A DNA stretch of 63,928 nt, counting the filler, from Reclinomonas americana ATCC 50394 (Eukaryota): NCBI GenBank assembly GCA_048213135.1. It is 6 parts of 4 records of this genome, joined end to end, with 100 filler letters (N's around TTAATTAATTAA, not from the genome) between each part and the next. Parts side by side here need not be neighbours in the genome. Positions count along the whole stretch, not along the records: positions 22,976 to 45,007 come from PS015050.1; positions 45,108 to 50,671 come from PS015051.1; 4 more parts are not named here. The stretch is one strand, 5' to 3'. Below, in pieces: positions 37,074-50,043 of this stretch (the stretch's first letter is position 1; the number at the start of each line of letters is the position of its first letter). A program made the translations under genes and the position numbers. The notes below the pieces were generated by a model. It was not told the origin of the DNA and made no database searches. It saw nothing but the letters and a program-made list of their open reading frames with translations.

Positions 37074-40000
37074 AGTTCTCACATCCGTCCTCCCTGCGCG
37101 TCATCACATCTCCGTCTTCCATCGTCCACATTCTTCTCTCGCTGCCTCTCGTCTGACTTGCTGTGGTTCCTCTCATTTCTGTCTCTCCCTGTTCGCTGCA
37201 AACCAAGACTCCTTCCTTCTTTCTCTGGATCTTCTCTATCTCTCTCTTCTCACCCGTTCTCACACTTTTCGTTTCTGTCATTCATGTTTCTTGCATATTC
37301 ACTCTCCGTCCCTCTAGAGAGAGATGTTCCACACGAAGAGAAGCAGTCATGATTTGCATTGGTCAGGGAGAGAAAGTGATATGAGAGAGGGAGATACCAA
37401 GTGAATCACAGGAGGCAGTGAGAGGAGGAGGAGAGAGAGAGAGAGAGAGAGAGAGAAAGAAGAGGAATAAGAAGCGAAGTGAATCACATGAGGCAGCGAG
37501 GGTAGAATGGAGACACACACACTCTCTCTCTCTCTCTCACCCGTTATCATTTCTTTCTCTCCCTGTTCGCTGTAAGTCATGGCTCCTTCACTATTCTCGC
37601 CCCTCGCTACACACGCTGCGCTTCCTCAACCCCTTTGCCTCCACCTGCGACTCACTTTCATCCAGCGCCGACCCACTCGGCCTCTTCTTGACGCAGTAGA
37701 AGATGCGGATGCCGTCGGGACTCGGCACACACTGGCATTGCAAAGAGTGTCGCACAGAGCTGAGCGAGAGGAGGGTATGATGTGAGCGAATGCAGAGGCC
37801 TGACGACGGCTGCAGGCTCACGCAACTCAATAAAGACGTGGAATCTCGAGATCGCCGCATCCACATCCGTCAAGTCGCGCGCCATGTTGAGCATGGCGTG
37901 CCGGCGAAACACGTGCACCAGTTCTCCGACGGTGTCGACGGACCAGAAGCGCAGCAGGTCGTAGTTGCCGGGCTCCAGCGTCATGCGCAGGAGGCGGCAG
38001 GAGCGAATGTCGTAAACGACCTGCGAGAGGAGTAAAGAAAAAAAAGGTCAGACTTCTCCATGTGACAGCGAGCAACAAAAAACATGAGAAGCCCTCCTGT
38101 GTGCTACGATCGGACGCACATAGGCGCCTTGCAGACAACTCCAATTCTCAAGAGATCAAGATGACAGAGATCTCACAGACAACGAGCGACATAGGCGCGC
38201 TGAATGTGCTCCCACACATAGACAACATGCACACGCGGGAACAGCAGCCACTTGCTACCCCACACTTCCGCTGCCATCGGAAATGCACCACACTCCTCCA
38301 ACAGCTACCTCAAGAGATCAAGATGACAGAGATCTCACAGACAACGTATGACACAGGTGCTCCCACACACAGACAACATGAACACGCGGGAACTGCAGCA
38401 ACTTGCTATCCACACACTTCCGCCGCCATCAGAAATGCAACACACTCCTCCAACAGCTGCCTCAAGAGATCAAGATGACAGAGATTTCACAGTGATACAG
38501 GCGCGCTGAATGTGCTCCCCACACACAGACAACATGCACACGCGAGAACTGCAGCCACTTGCTATCCACACACTTCCGCTGACACCCTCGACAGCCTGTC
38601 TGTACGACTCACTGTCCTATCCTGGCTCTCCACTCTTTCCGCACGCAACTCGCAAGCAAAAGTTGCACGCCTCGCGTCGCAGCTCCACGTCAATGAGACC
38701 CGGTGCAGCTGGCAGACACACGACTGTGAGTCTGTGAACCTCCCAGAGCACCGCCGACAAATTTTCCGCCACTCACCCTCAGAATAGAATGTCGCGCTGG
38801 CCTCCTCCGCAATGGCCTCGAGAGCCGACACGAGCGCGCGACCGGGTGGGCTGAGGGCGACGGCCTGGTGTAGTGATGCGCGCAGCGTGGATTGCTGGAG
38901 GACGTCTTTGAAGTGGCCGAGTTCCTCCACCAGCTGTGAAGGGAGATGGGTGAAATGGGGGGCAAGGGAAAGGGAGAAGAGCTAGTGGGGAAAGGATGAG
39001 GGGGAGACGAAGAAACATCCCGCAAGGAGAGGGGTGATGTGGGGGCAAGGGAAAGGGGAGGAGGACCAGAGGGACAGGACGAACAATCCCACAAGGAGAA
39101 GGGCAAGGGAAAGGGTGAAGAGGAGCACGAAAGGGAAAGGACGGCGGAAGACGAAGAAACATCCCGCAAGGCGAAGGGCGATGTGGGAGTGAGGGAAAGG
39201 GAGAAGGGGAGCACCAAGAGGGAAGGACGGCAGGAGACGAATAAACATCCCACAAGGAGAACGGTGGGATGGGGACAAGGGAAAGGACGGCGGGAGACGA
39301 AGAAACATCCCGTTAGGCGAAGGGCGATGCGGGAGTGAGGGAAAGGGAGAAGAGGAGCACAAAAAGGGGGAAGGACGGCGGGAGACAAAGAAACACAAGG
39401 AGAAGGGTGAAATGGGGCAAGGGAAAGGGAGGGAAGGACGGCAGGAGACGAATAAACATCCCGCAAGGAGAAGGGCGAGATGGGGGCAAGAGAAAGGCAG
39501 AAGAGGAGCACCAGCAGGAAATGACGACGGGGGACGATGAGGAATCCCCCAAGGAGAAAGGTGAAATGGGGACAAGGGAAAGAACGTAGAGGAGCACAAG
39601 AGGGGAAGGAAAGACGATAACAAATCGCACAAGGAGCGAGGCGATCACATGATTACGCGCGCCACGCAAACTGTTTTGCACTTCATGGAAAGTGTGCGAG
39701 ACGGACAGGGAAAGGCAGAAAAGTATCGAAAAAGAAAGAAGTGGAAAGAGAATGCAAACGACGTTACCTCAATCATGCGCGTCTGCTGCTTCACTTTCGG
39801 CAAGCGCTGCGTGAGCGACTTTTCGAGCTGCGCGACACAATGAGCATAGCATTCCACCCTCCTCCTCCTCCACCTCACAACACGAAACGATTTGACCGTG
39901 CAATTGTTGCCTGAGCATGAACAGTGAGGAAAACAGACGACCATTCAGAGAGCGCCCACCACTTCTCTACGCACCGCCGATCCTCAAAGTCATTGACCTG

Positions 40001-40288
40001 CATCCCGGCCATCACATCACGCCGTTGTCGCGCCGACAACCACGTCTCTTGCACATTGTCGCTCCACCCCTGCAACACCAAGGCGATCTCCTCGGCGGCC
40101 ATTTGCAGGCGCTCCCGGGCCGCCACACTCAGCGGGCCAAATGGATGGCAGTCTGTGGTGAAATGGGAAAGAGGGAAACTGACTGGGGAAAGAGGGGGGA
40201 GGGAGAACCTTCCTGCACGGCAAGTCGATCAGAGCAGCACTTCCAGACTTCTTCCATGGCGGTGAGAAGGCGTGAGCCGGAGAGGACC
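34010..40288 (-). CDS. Mediator subunit MED1-like protein (multi-exon; polyQ/Pro-rich exons up to about 43030 may belong to it)
   Basis: Recalled Med1-domain landmarks in order: LEAIAEEASATFYSE; GIRIFY; YVLYFDDPLLV; LPISHAPGLGRALL|FCRQAFYFSSLIMS; terminal LLNQCCHIPLAVALL; some middle junctions unresolved. Confidence 0.5.
38147..38580. repeat. Intronic tandem repeat, 3 units of about 160 bp
   Basis: ctcaagagatcaagatgacagagat at about 38147, 38309 and 38462, each followed by gtgctcccacac..agacaacatg..cacgcg. Confidence 0.9.
38990..39570. repeat. Intronic degenerate tandem repeat
   Basis: gacgaa(g/t)aaacatccc(g/a)caagg recurs at about 39006, 39150, 39236, 39296 and 39447. Confidence 0.8.
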
Positions 40289-41825
40289 TGAAAAGTGGGA
40301 GTAGGGTGAGGAGGAGGAGGAGGAGAAGGAGGAGGAGGAGGAGGAAGAAGAAGAAGAAGAAAAGAAAAGAAGAACAAGAACAAGAAGAGCAACAACAAAA
40401 GAAGAAGAAGAAGAAGAAGAAGAAGAAGAAGAAGAAGAAGAAGAAGAAGAAGAAGAAGNNNNNNNNNNNNNNNNNNNNNNNNNNNNNNNNNNNNNNNNNN
40501 NNNNNNNNNNNNNNNNNNNNNNNNNNNNNNNNNNNNNNNNNNNNNNNNNNNNNNNNNNNNNNNNNNNNNNNNNNNNNNNNNNNNNNNNNNNNNNNNNNNN
40601 NNNNNNNNNNNNNNNNNNNNNNNNNNNNNNNNNNNNNNNNNNNNNNNNNNNNNNNNNNNNNNNNNNNNNNNNNNNNNNNNNNNNNNNNNNNNNNNNNNNN
40701 NNNNNNNNNNNNNNNNNNNNNNNNNNNNNNNNNNNNNNNNNNNNNNNNNNNNNNNNNNNNNNNNNNNNNNNNNNNNNNNNNNNNNNNNNNNNNNNNNNNN
40801 NNNNNNNNNNNNNNNNNNNNNNNNNNNNNNNNNNNNNNNNNNNNNNNNNNNNNNNNNNNNNNNNNNNNNNNNNNNNNNNNNNNNNNNNNNNNNNNNNNNN
40901 NNNNNNNNNNNNNNNNNNNNNNNNNNNNNNNNNNNNNNNNNNNNNNNNNNNNNNNNNNNNNNNNNNNNNNNNNNNNNNNNNNNNNNNNNNNNNNNNNNNN
41001 NNNNNNNNNNNNNNNNNNNNNNNNNNNNNNNNNNNNNNNNNNNNNNNNNNNNNNNNNNNNNNNNNNNNNNNNNNNNNNNNNNNNNNNNNNNNNNNNNNNN
41101 NNNNNNNNNNNNNNNNNNNNNNNNNNNNNNNNNNNNNNNNNNNNNNNNNNNNNNNNNNNNNNNNNNNNNNNNNNNNNNNNNNNNNNNNNNNNNNNNNNNN
41201 NNNNNNNNNNNNNNNNNNNNNNNNNNNNNNNNNNNNNNNNNNNNNNNNNNNNNNNNNNNNNNNNNNNNNNNNNNNNNNNNNNNNNNNNNNNNNNNNNNNN
41301 NNNNNNNNNNNNNNNNNNNNNNNNNNNNNNNNNNNNNNNNNNNNNNNNNNNNNNAGAAGAAGAAGAGGAAGATGATGAAGAAGAATAACAAAAAGAAGAT
41401 GAAGGACAAGAAGAACAAGAAGAACAAGAAGAAGAAGAAGGAGGAGGAGGAGAAGAAGAAGAAGAAGAACAAGAAGAAGGACAAGGAAGAGAAGGAAGAG
41501 AAGGAAGAGAAAGAGGAGGAAGAGGACGAGGAGGAAGAGAAGGAATGAGGGAACAACAAGAATGACTGAGGAGATGAAGAATGAACGTGCAGCGTGCCTA
41601 CCAAGAGAGTGAACCTCACACACAGATGCGCAAGAGGAGCAGGAGGCAGCGAAGAAAGCAAAGGAGGAAAGGTCCACGAGCAAGAAAGAGTCAAAGATGC
41701 CAAAGATGAATCCCCCAGACAACAAGACAACAAGACAGAGAGAAGAAGCAAGGCCAAAGAGGGTGAAGGAGAAGAAGAGCATCAGAGAGAGAGAACACAA
41801 GACAACAGCGAGAACGAGAGAGAGA

Positions 41826-41856
<31 letters not shown>

Positions 41857-41865
41857 CAGAAATCA

Positions 41866-43025
41866 CCTCTGGCTCTGTGACCAACTGTGGCAACTGCTGT
41901 TGCTGCTGTTGTTGCTGCTGTTGTTGCTGCACAAGAGGCACATTCGCGCCAACACTCGAATGTGCGTCCAAGTGCTGCTGTTGTTGTTGTTGATGATGTT
42001 GCGCGTAATGCACAGGAGCAGGAGGANNNNNNNNNNNNNNNNNNNNTACATTTATTTGTAATAGGTCGATGTCCTGTGTGTCCGCTTTTGTGACTGGCGC
42101 TGTCTGCGGCACAGTGTGTGATGCAGAGAGAACGGGAGAGGCGTAGGGAAGGTAATGGCGTGGCAGAGAGAGAGAGAGAGATCGTCTGCAGCGAGCCAAA
42201 AGCGTGCAACTGAACGATTTTTCGATATCGGTATTTTTTGTTGCGTGTCATGCACAGGAGGAGGAGGAGGCTGAGCTAAAGTAGGAGCAGCAGAAGCAGG
42301 AGCAGGAGGAGGAGGAGGAGATGTCATGTATGCGGCTGCGTAGGGTGCGTAGGGCGCACTGCCACTGCCTCCACCACCACCGCTCGACGAGTACATTTGT
42401 ATAGGTCAATGTCCTGTGTGTCCGCTTTTGTGATTGGCGACGGAGGAGGGAGCGAGAGAGTAGAGGAGAGGCAACGGCGTCTCTATTAGCAGAAAGACAG
42501 GGAGCGAGAGACAGCCTGCAGTGAGCCAAAGCGTACAATTTCGATATTGGTATATTTGCAATTGTACATGTATTTCACGAGGGGGAGCTGAAGTAGGAGG
42601 AGCAGGGGGAGGAGGAGGAGATGTCATGTGTGTTGCTGCACAGGGCGAGCTGTTTCCATTCGATGGGTTGCAATCAGTCGACGTTGTAGTGCACGTGTGT
42701 CCGCTTTTGTGCAGCAAAGGCGACGGCTTGATGGAGAAGAGTGAGACAAGAACACAGAGGAGGCTGCTGTTTATGAGGCACGGGTAGCACGCGAGAGAGA
42801 GACAGTCCGCAGCGCGCCAAAAACCTTGCAACTTCGTCTCCGTTCGATCCTGCGCTGCGTACGATGCACACGAGCACATGGAGGAGAAGACACCAAGCAC
42901 ACCGTTGTACATAGCGCACATGCCACACTGCTCACAACAACGCTCTTGCATCTCTCTGCGTCCTGTGCGTGTCCCGTTTCTGTGAGTTCGTACGTACGTG
43001 GAACGAATGGCGTCGTCAAGCGCAT
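41866..43025 (-). CDS. PolyQ and Pro-rich exons within a ~300-340 bp tandem triplication; possibly the N-terminus of the MED1-like gene
   Basis: QQQ tracts ending LVTEPE|GT in phase 0 with the 40288 acceptor; repeated markers gtgtgtccgcttttgtg (42076, 42416, 42695) and the peptide MTSPPPPPAP twice. Confidence 0.4.
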
Positions 43026-43426
43026 CTGCAATGCAGAAAGGTGCACACTCTCACACACAGAGAGACAGAGAGTGAGAGCAACAGAGAAAGAGAGAGAGAG
43101 AGAGTGGCAAGTACAATGAGAAAGTCCGAATGCACGCACGCGCACTCTCACTCATTCGCAGACAGAGAGACAGAGAGACACGCGCACACAGTGAGAAACA
43201 CGCAAGCATAGTGAAAAGAGGAAATGAGTGAGTGGAGAGATGCATGCACTTTCTTATTGTCAACTCACACTCACGCTCACAGTGAGAGAGAGAGAGAGAG
43301 CACAAGAAGACTGTTCTCTGTGCACACACTGACATGCGCGCACACAGAGAGAAAGACGGAGAGTGAGTGTGCGAGTTGACAACATGAAAGTGCAGTCATT
43401 CTCTGTCTCTCTCTGCGCGCGCGCGC

Positions 43427-43463
<37 letters not shown>

Positions 43464-44059
43464 TGAGGGAGTGAATGAGTGAGTGAGTGAGTGAGAGTGT
43501 GTGTGTGTGAGAGAGTTTCGCACAGAAAGAGTGAGAGGCAGACAAACACAGAGCTTCCTCGTCATATCACACTCACACTCACACTCGCACTCACACTCAC
43601 ACTCACACTCACACACGCTCACTTGCANNNNNNNNNNNNNNNNNNNNNNNNNNNNNNNNNNNNNNNNNNNNNNNNNNNNNNNNNNNNNNNNNNNNNNNNN
43701 NNNNNNNNNNNNNNNNNNNNNNNNNNNNNNNNNNNNNNNNNNNNNNNNNNNNNNNNNNNNNNNNNNNNNNNNNNNNNNNNNNNNNNNNNNNNNNNNNNNN
43801 NNNNNNNNNNNNNNNNNNNNNNNNNNNNNNNNNNNNNNNNNNNNNNNNNNNNNNNNNNNNNNNNNNNNNNNNNNNNNNNNNNNNNNNNNNNNNNNNNNNN
43901 NNNNNNNNNNNNNNNNNNGAGAGAGAGAGGAGAGAGCGAGTTGCGCTCTCAGGTACACTGTTGTTCCCGCGTGGAGAGATAGATTGCTTCCAAGAAGACT
44001 GTGACTTGCAGCAAGAGAGCGCGCAAGAAGACTGTGACTTGCATGCACTCTCTCCTCTG

Positions 44060-44092
<33 letters not shown>

Positions 44093-44136
44093 GATTTCCG
44101 GGTTCGGTTCCTGATGCTGTTCTTGTGTGCGAAAAG

Positions 44137-45007
44137 GCTCGTCGTCGGCGTCTGCTGGTGGTGGTGGTGCTCCGTTGTTGGGATCGAGCGCGTCGGAGAG
44201 TGTGTTGCGCGCGGCGAGGGAGACGGCTGTTGTTGCGTTGATGGGAGGGAAGAGGGGGAAGAAGGGAGAAGGGACAAGAAGAATGTGATCGAGAGAGAGA
44301 GAGAGNNNNNNNNNNNNNNNNNNNNAGTGAGAGAGAGAGAGAGAGAGAGTGTGTGTGTGTGTGTGATACCTCTGTCGTTGCGTTTATGATGGAATGGAAG
44401 AGTGAGAAGAGACAAGAACTGTTTCGAGTGCATGAGAGCGATAGAGGGGAGTGAGTGTTTATGTGAGTGACTTGGTGAGTGGCAGTGAGACCGCCTTTCT
44501 TGCGTTAGTGGGAGGGAACGGAGGGTGAGTGAGTGGCTGTGAGATGGCTGTTGCGTTGAGGGAGAGAGAGAGGGTGGGGGAGAGAATGAGAGAGAGAGAG
44601 AGAGAGAGAGATGAGCAAGTGAGTGAGCGAGTGGCAATGAGACGGCCGCAGTTGCGTTAGTGGGAGGAGTGAAAAGGCGCAAGACAAGTGTTTCTGTGCA
44701 TTGCAAGGGTTAGACTGTGACTGAGTGAGTCAGACGGCTGTGTGTTGCGTTTAGGGAAGTGAGAGAGAAGGGAACAAGAAGACTGTCTGTGCTGACGACT
44801 GTCATTGCGTTGATGGGCGGACTAACCCTCTCCCCGCAGCTCATGGAGAGCATCTACGAACACGTTGAGACGTTGCTGGGTTTGTCTTTCTTTGCCATTC
44901 CCCATCTCACCGCTCGATCACTCACCTGCGCCCTTTCTCCTTCGTCGCCAGGCACCAATGCGGCTCTCGCCGTTGAAGATTCACGGATACGCAAGGAGCG
45001 GCAGGAG
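44137..45007 (+). CDS. Partial hypothetical protein (3 exons), truncated by scaffold end
   Basis: GSSSASAGGGGAPLLGSSASESVLRAARETAV|LMESIYEHVETLL|GTNAALAVEDSRIRKERQE with in-phase junctions. Confidence 0.5.
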
Positions 45008-45051
45008 NNNNNNNNNNNNNNNNNNNNNNNNNNNNNNNNNNNNNNNNNNNN

Positions 45052-45063
45052 TTAATTAATTAA
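45052..45063. other. Artificial scaffold linker
   Basis: TTAATTAATTAA flanked by N runs. Confidence 0.97.
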
Positions 45064-45107
45064 NNNNNNNNNNNNNNNNNNNNNNNNNNNNNNNNNNNNN
45101 NNNNNNN

Positions 45108-48100
45108 TCAGGCGGTGCTCCGACTCGGTGTCGAAGCCGCGGAAATGCACAATGGGGGGACGGGCTTCGAGGAGGTTGCCGGCGCGGCCAATGGATTTGT
45201 ATTCTGGGGGAAGAAGGGGAAGGGAATGGGTGAGGGAGGGTGAAAGGGTAAGTGAATGATGAAGATGATGGAGAGAAACAGGGAAGGATGGCGGTAAGGA
45301 CATGGTTGAGAGAGAGGGGGGGGGGAAGAGGATGTACGAGCGAAGACGGTGAATGACACAGAAAGCAACAGAGAGACAGGCTAGTGTGTGAGAAGAAGAG
45401 AGGTGCAAGTGAATGAAAGAGTGACAAAGAGAGAGAGAGAGAGAGAGAGAGAGCATGGCAAGGAGAAGAGGGTGTGAGCACGAAGACGGCGAATGAGAGA
45501 GTGCAGGCGAATGTGTGAGAGAAGATAAGGATGAAGAAGAGGATGTCAGCAAGAGCAGAGACAGAGAGACAGGCTAGTGTGTGAGAAGAAGAGAGGTGCA
45601 AGTGAATGAAAGAGNNNNNNNNNNNNNNNNNNNNNNNNNNNNNNNNNNNNNNNNNNNNNNNNNNNNNNNNNNNNNNNNNNNNNNNNNNNNNNNNNNNNNN
45701 NNNNNNNNNNNNNNNNNNNNNNNNNNNNNNNNNNNNNNNNNNNNNNNNNNNNNNNNNNNNNNNNNNNNNNNNNNNNNNNNNNNNNNNNNNNNNNNNNNNN
45801 NNNNNNNNNNNNNNNNNNNNNNNNNNNNNNNNNNNNNNNNNNNNNNNNNNNNNNNNNNNNNNNNNNNNNNNNNNNNNNNNNNNNNNNNNNNNNNNNNNNN
45901 NNNNNNNNNNNNNNNNNNNNNNNNNNNNNNNNNNNNNNNNNNNNNNNNNNNNNNNNNNNNNNNNNNNNNNNNNNNNNNNNNNNNNNNNNNNNNNNNNNNN
46001 NNNNNNNNNNNNNNNNNNNNNNNNNNNNNNNNNNNNNNNNNNNNNNNNNNNNNNNNNNNNNNNNNNNNNNNNNNNNNNNNNNNNNNNNNNNNNNNNNNNN
46101 NNNNNNNNNNNNNNNNNNNNNNNNNNNNNNNNNNNNNNNNNNNNNNNNNNNNNNNNNNNNNNNNNNNNNNNNNNNNNNNNNNNNNNNNNNNNNNNNNNNN
46201 NNNNNNNNNNNNNNNNNNNNNNNNNNNNNNNNNNNNNNNNNNNNNNNNNNNNNNNNNNNNNNNNNNNNNNNNNNNNNNNNNNNNNNNNNNNNNNNNNNNN
46301 NNNNNNNNNNNNNNNNNNNNNNNNNNNNNNNNNNNNNNNNNNNNNNNNNNNNNNNNNNNNNNNNNNNNNNNNNNNNNNNNNNNNNNNNNNNNCCGTGCGC
46401 CTGCTCAACATCTCCGCCAAGGGAACCCGCATTCACATTGTGGCCCCGGAGACCCCGTATTTCGTGCTCGAGTATGACAAGAAGGGAGTGGTGCGCATGC
46501 AGGGGAGGGAAAAGGGGCGAAAGAGTGGGTTGTGTGCCGTATCTCTTTGTATCTGTTATGGGTGAGCGTGTCAAGAATTGAGAGGCTGAGAGAACGAGAG
46601 CGTGTCTGCAAGAAGTAATATCTTGTGATTTCATGATTATTGTCTTGCTTGCCTTTCCGTTGTGGGTGAGCCTGTGGTGAGCGTGTCAAGAAGTGAGAGT
46701 GAGAGAACGAGAGTGTGCCTGCGAGAAGTAATATCTCGTGATCTCATGATTATTGTCTTGTGTGCCTTTCCGTTGTGGGTGAGCCTGTGGTGAGCGTGTC
46801 AAGAAGTGAGAGTGAGAGAACGAGAGTGTGCCTGCAAGAAGTAGTATCTTGTGATTTCATGATTGTTGTCTTGTGCGCCTTTCCGCTGTGGGTGAGCCTG
46901 TGGTGAACGTGTCCAGAGTTGAGAGTCTTGAGAAACGAGAGAGTGTGCCTGCAAGAAGTATTATCTCGTGATCTCATGATTATTGTCTTGTGTGCCTTTC
47001 CGTTGCGGGTGAGCCTGTGGTGAACGTGTCAAGAGTTGAGAAGCACAGAGAACGAGAGTGTGCCTGCAAGAAGTATCTCGTGACTCGATGATGCCCCTGT
47101 TCGTTGAGCTGCGTGCTTCAAGAATCGCGAAGTGCGTGTTGTGCATCATCGTGTACCGTTCTCCTCTTGTTGGAGACTCCTCCCTCCTTCTCCCTCCTTC
47201 TCCCTCCTTCTCCCTCGCCTTCTTCCTCCTTCTTCCTCCTTCTCCTTCTGTTCTCTCTCATCTCTGCCTCTTTGCCCCGCTGCATACTTCTCCCAATCAC
47301 ACTTATTCTCCGCATTCGTTGATTCTGCATGCTCCTTGCGATCGTGCGTTCCTTTTGCGTTCTCCAATGCACAGCCGCTACTGTAGCAAGACTAGTTTAC
47401 TGTCTCGCTCCTTCGTTCTCTGGGCGTGTAGAGTGACGCTCTGAATGCAGTTGTTAACTTGTACGTCCCCTTTTCCCAGATCCAACCCGGCATGTCCGAG
47501 GAAATCTCCGTCGTCTTCCTGCCCGCCGAGCACCGCTACTACTACGACTGCATTCGTGTGCACACCGAGGGCGACGACGACACAAACATGGTGATTCCGC
47601 TGCACGCGTACCCGGTGGTGAGCCAGGGCGAGGTCTTCCCCAAGCGTGTGGATCTCGGCAAGTGTGCCCTGGGTGAAACGTTGCGTGTCGAGGGAGGGAC
47701 TGTCTGAGAGAGAGAGAGAGAAGGGACAAGTGCGAGTGCTTCCGCTCCGTTTGTCTGAATGACGACTGCTTGCATTTGAGGTGTTGCTCCCGTGACTTGC
47801 ACTCATTCATCCTTCTCCTCACCCACCCTTTCCCTCACCCTCCCTTCCCCTCACTCACCCTTTCCCCTCGCTCCCCTCCTTCACCCTTTCCCCCTCTCCC
47901 GCAGTGTCACCCGCGTCATCCCCATCCACTGCGAAGTCCCCGTGGAATTCGAGTTCGAAATCGCCGTCCTGCAGTCCTCCATCGACATGGACATTACGCC
48001 ACTGCGCGGTACGGTACCGCCCAACGGCACGGCCGAGATCACCGTGCAGTTCACGCCCTCGCGTCTCGCCACTTGCATGAGCAAAATCGAGCTGAGTTTG

Positions 48101-48983
48101 AGCCAGTTCGAGTCCGAGCCGATTGTGTGCACCATTGTGGGGACGGCGGCGGCGCAGGAGGTGGGTGTGTGTGATGGGGGAGAAGGAAGGGAGATGCGGT
48201 GAGAGAGAGATGGGGGGGAAAGGGAACGAGCAACGAAAGTAGAAGTGAGAGTGGGAAGAAGGACAAGAGGGGAAACGGAGAGAAGGAGAGCGAGAAAGAT
48301 CAACAGCTGAAAGAGAGAGAGAAGGATGGGGAGAAACGGCGGGACAGCAAGGATTTGATAGTACACACGAACTGCGTCGCTCTTTGTGCATCTCTCGACC
48401 TGTTGCTCGTTCTCTCTCACTTTCTTGCTGTTGTTCTTTCTCGCTCTTATTGTCACTCTTCCCTTGTTTCTCGCAGTCTGTCTTTTTCTCATGTTTCTGC
48501 TTCGTTCTCCCTCTCTCTCTCACTCTCTCGCAGTTGTGTTGTCGATTCGTCTCTGTTGCCTTCCACTTTCTCTCTCTTTCTTGGGGTTTATTGCTTGTTA
48601 TCATTCCAGCTCTTTCCTTACTCTTTCTCGCAGTCTCTCCTTTTCTCTCTTGTTGCTGTCATTCATAATCCATTATCGCTCTCATTGTCACTTTTTCTTG
48701 TTCTCTGTTTCCGCCTCCCGCTTCCTTGCTTTTGCTTCAACTGTTTTACTCTCATTGACTCTCTCTCTCTCGCGCGCGCACACACATACTCGCCATCTCA
48801 CAATCTCTCTCGCTTTATTTGTTATACTTGTCGCTCTTCTCTCTCACACACACTTCTCCCTCTCTCACACACTTTTCCTTCTCTCTCTATTTCACTTATC
48901 TTTCTCGCTGTATGATTGTTATCATTCCCACTCTTGTTCTTACTCCTTCTCCCCATCTTTGCTATAACTCTCATTTAACTCTC

Positions 48984-49036
<53 letters not shown>

Positions 49037-49991
49037 TCTCTNNNNNNNNNNNNNNNNNNNNNNNNNNNNNNNNNNNNNNNNNNNNNNNNNNNNNNNNNNN
49101 NNNNNNNNNNNNNNNNNNNNNNNNNNNNNNNNNNNNNNNNNNNNNNNNNNNNNNNNNNNNNNNNNNNNNNNNNNNNNNNNNNNNNNNNNNNNNNNNNNNN
49201 NNNNNNNNNNNNNNNNNNNNNNNNNNNNNNNNNNNNNNNNNNNNNNNNNNNNNNNNNNNNNNNNNNNNNNNNNNNNNNNNNNNNNNNNNNNNNNNNNNNN
49301 NNNNNNNNNNNNNNNNNNNNNNNNNNNNNNNNNNNNNNNNNNNNNNNNNNNNNNNNNNNNNNNNNNNNNNNNNNNNNNNNNNNNNNNNNNNNNNNNNNNN
49401 NNNNNNNNNNNNNNNNNNNNNNNNNNNNNNNNNNNNNNNNNNNNNNNNNNNNNNNNNNNNNNNNNNNNNNNNNNNNNNNNNNNNNNNNNNNNNNNNNNNN
49501 NNNNNNNNNNNNNNNNNNNNNNNNNNNNNNNNNNNNNNNNNNNNNNNNNNNNNNNNNNNNNNNNNNNNNNNNNNNNNNNNNNNNNNNNNNNNNNNNNNNN
49601 NNNNNNNNNNNNNNNNNNNNNNNNNNNNNNNNNNNNNNNNNNNNNNNNNNNNNNNNNNNNNNNNNNNNNNNNNNNNNNNNNNNNNNNNNNNNNNNNNNNN
49701 NNNNNNNNNNNNNNNNNNNNNNNNNNNNNNNNNNNNNNNNNNNNNNNNNNNNNNNNNNNNNNNNNNNNNNNNNNNNNNNNNNNNNNNNNNNNNNNNNNNN
49801 NNNNNNNNNNNNNNNNNNNNNNNNNNNNNNNNNNNNNNNNNNNNNNNNNNNNNNNNNNNNNNNNNACTTCTTCTTCTCTCTCTTCTTACTTACTTACTTC
49901 TTCTCTCGTTGTTATGTTATTCTACTCCTACCTCTTCTTCTTCTTCTTCCTTCCCTCCTCCTTCTTCTCTACTACTCTCTTACTTACTCTC

Positions 49992-50043
<52 letters not shown>

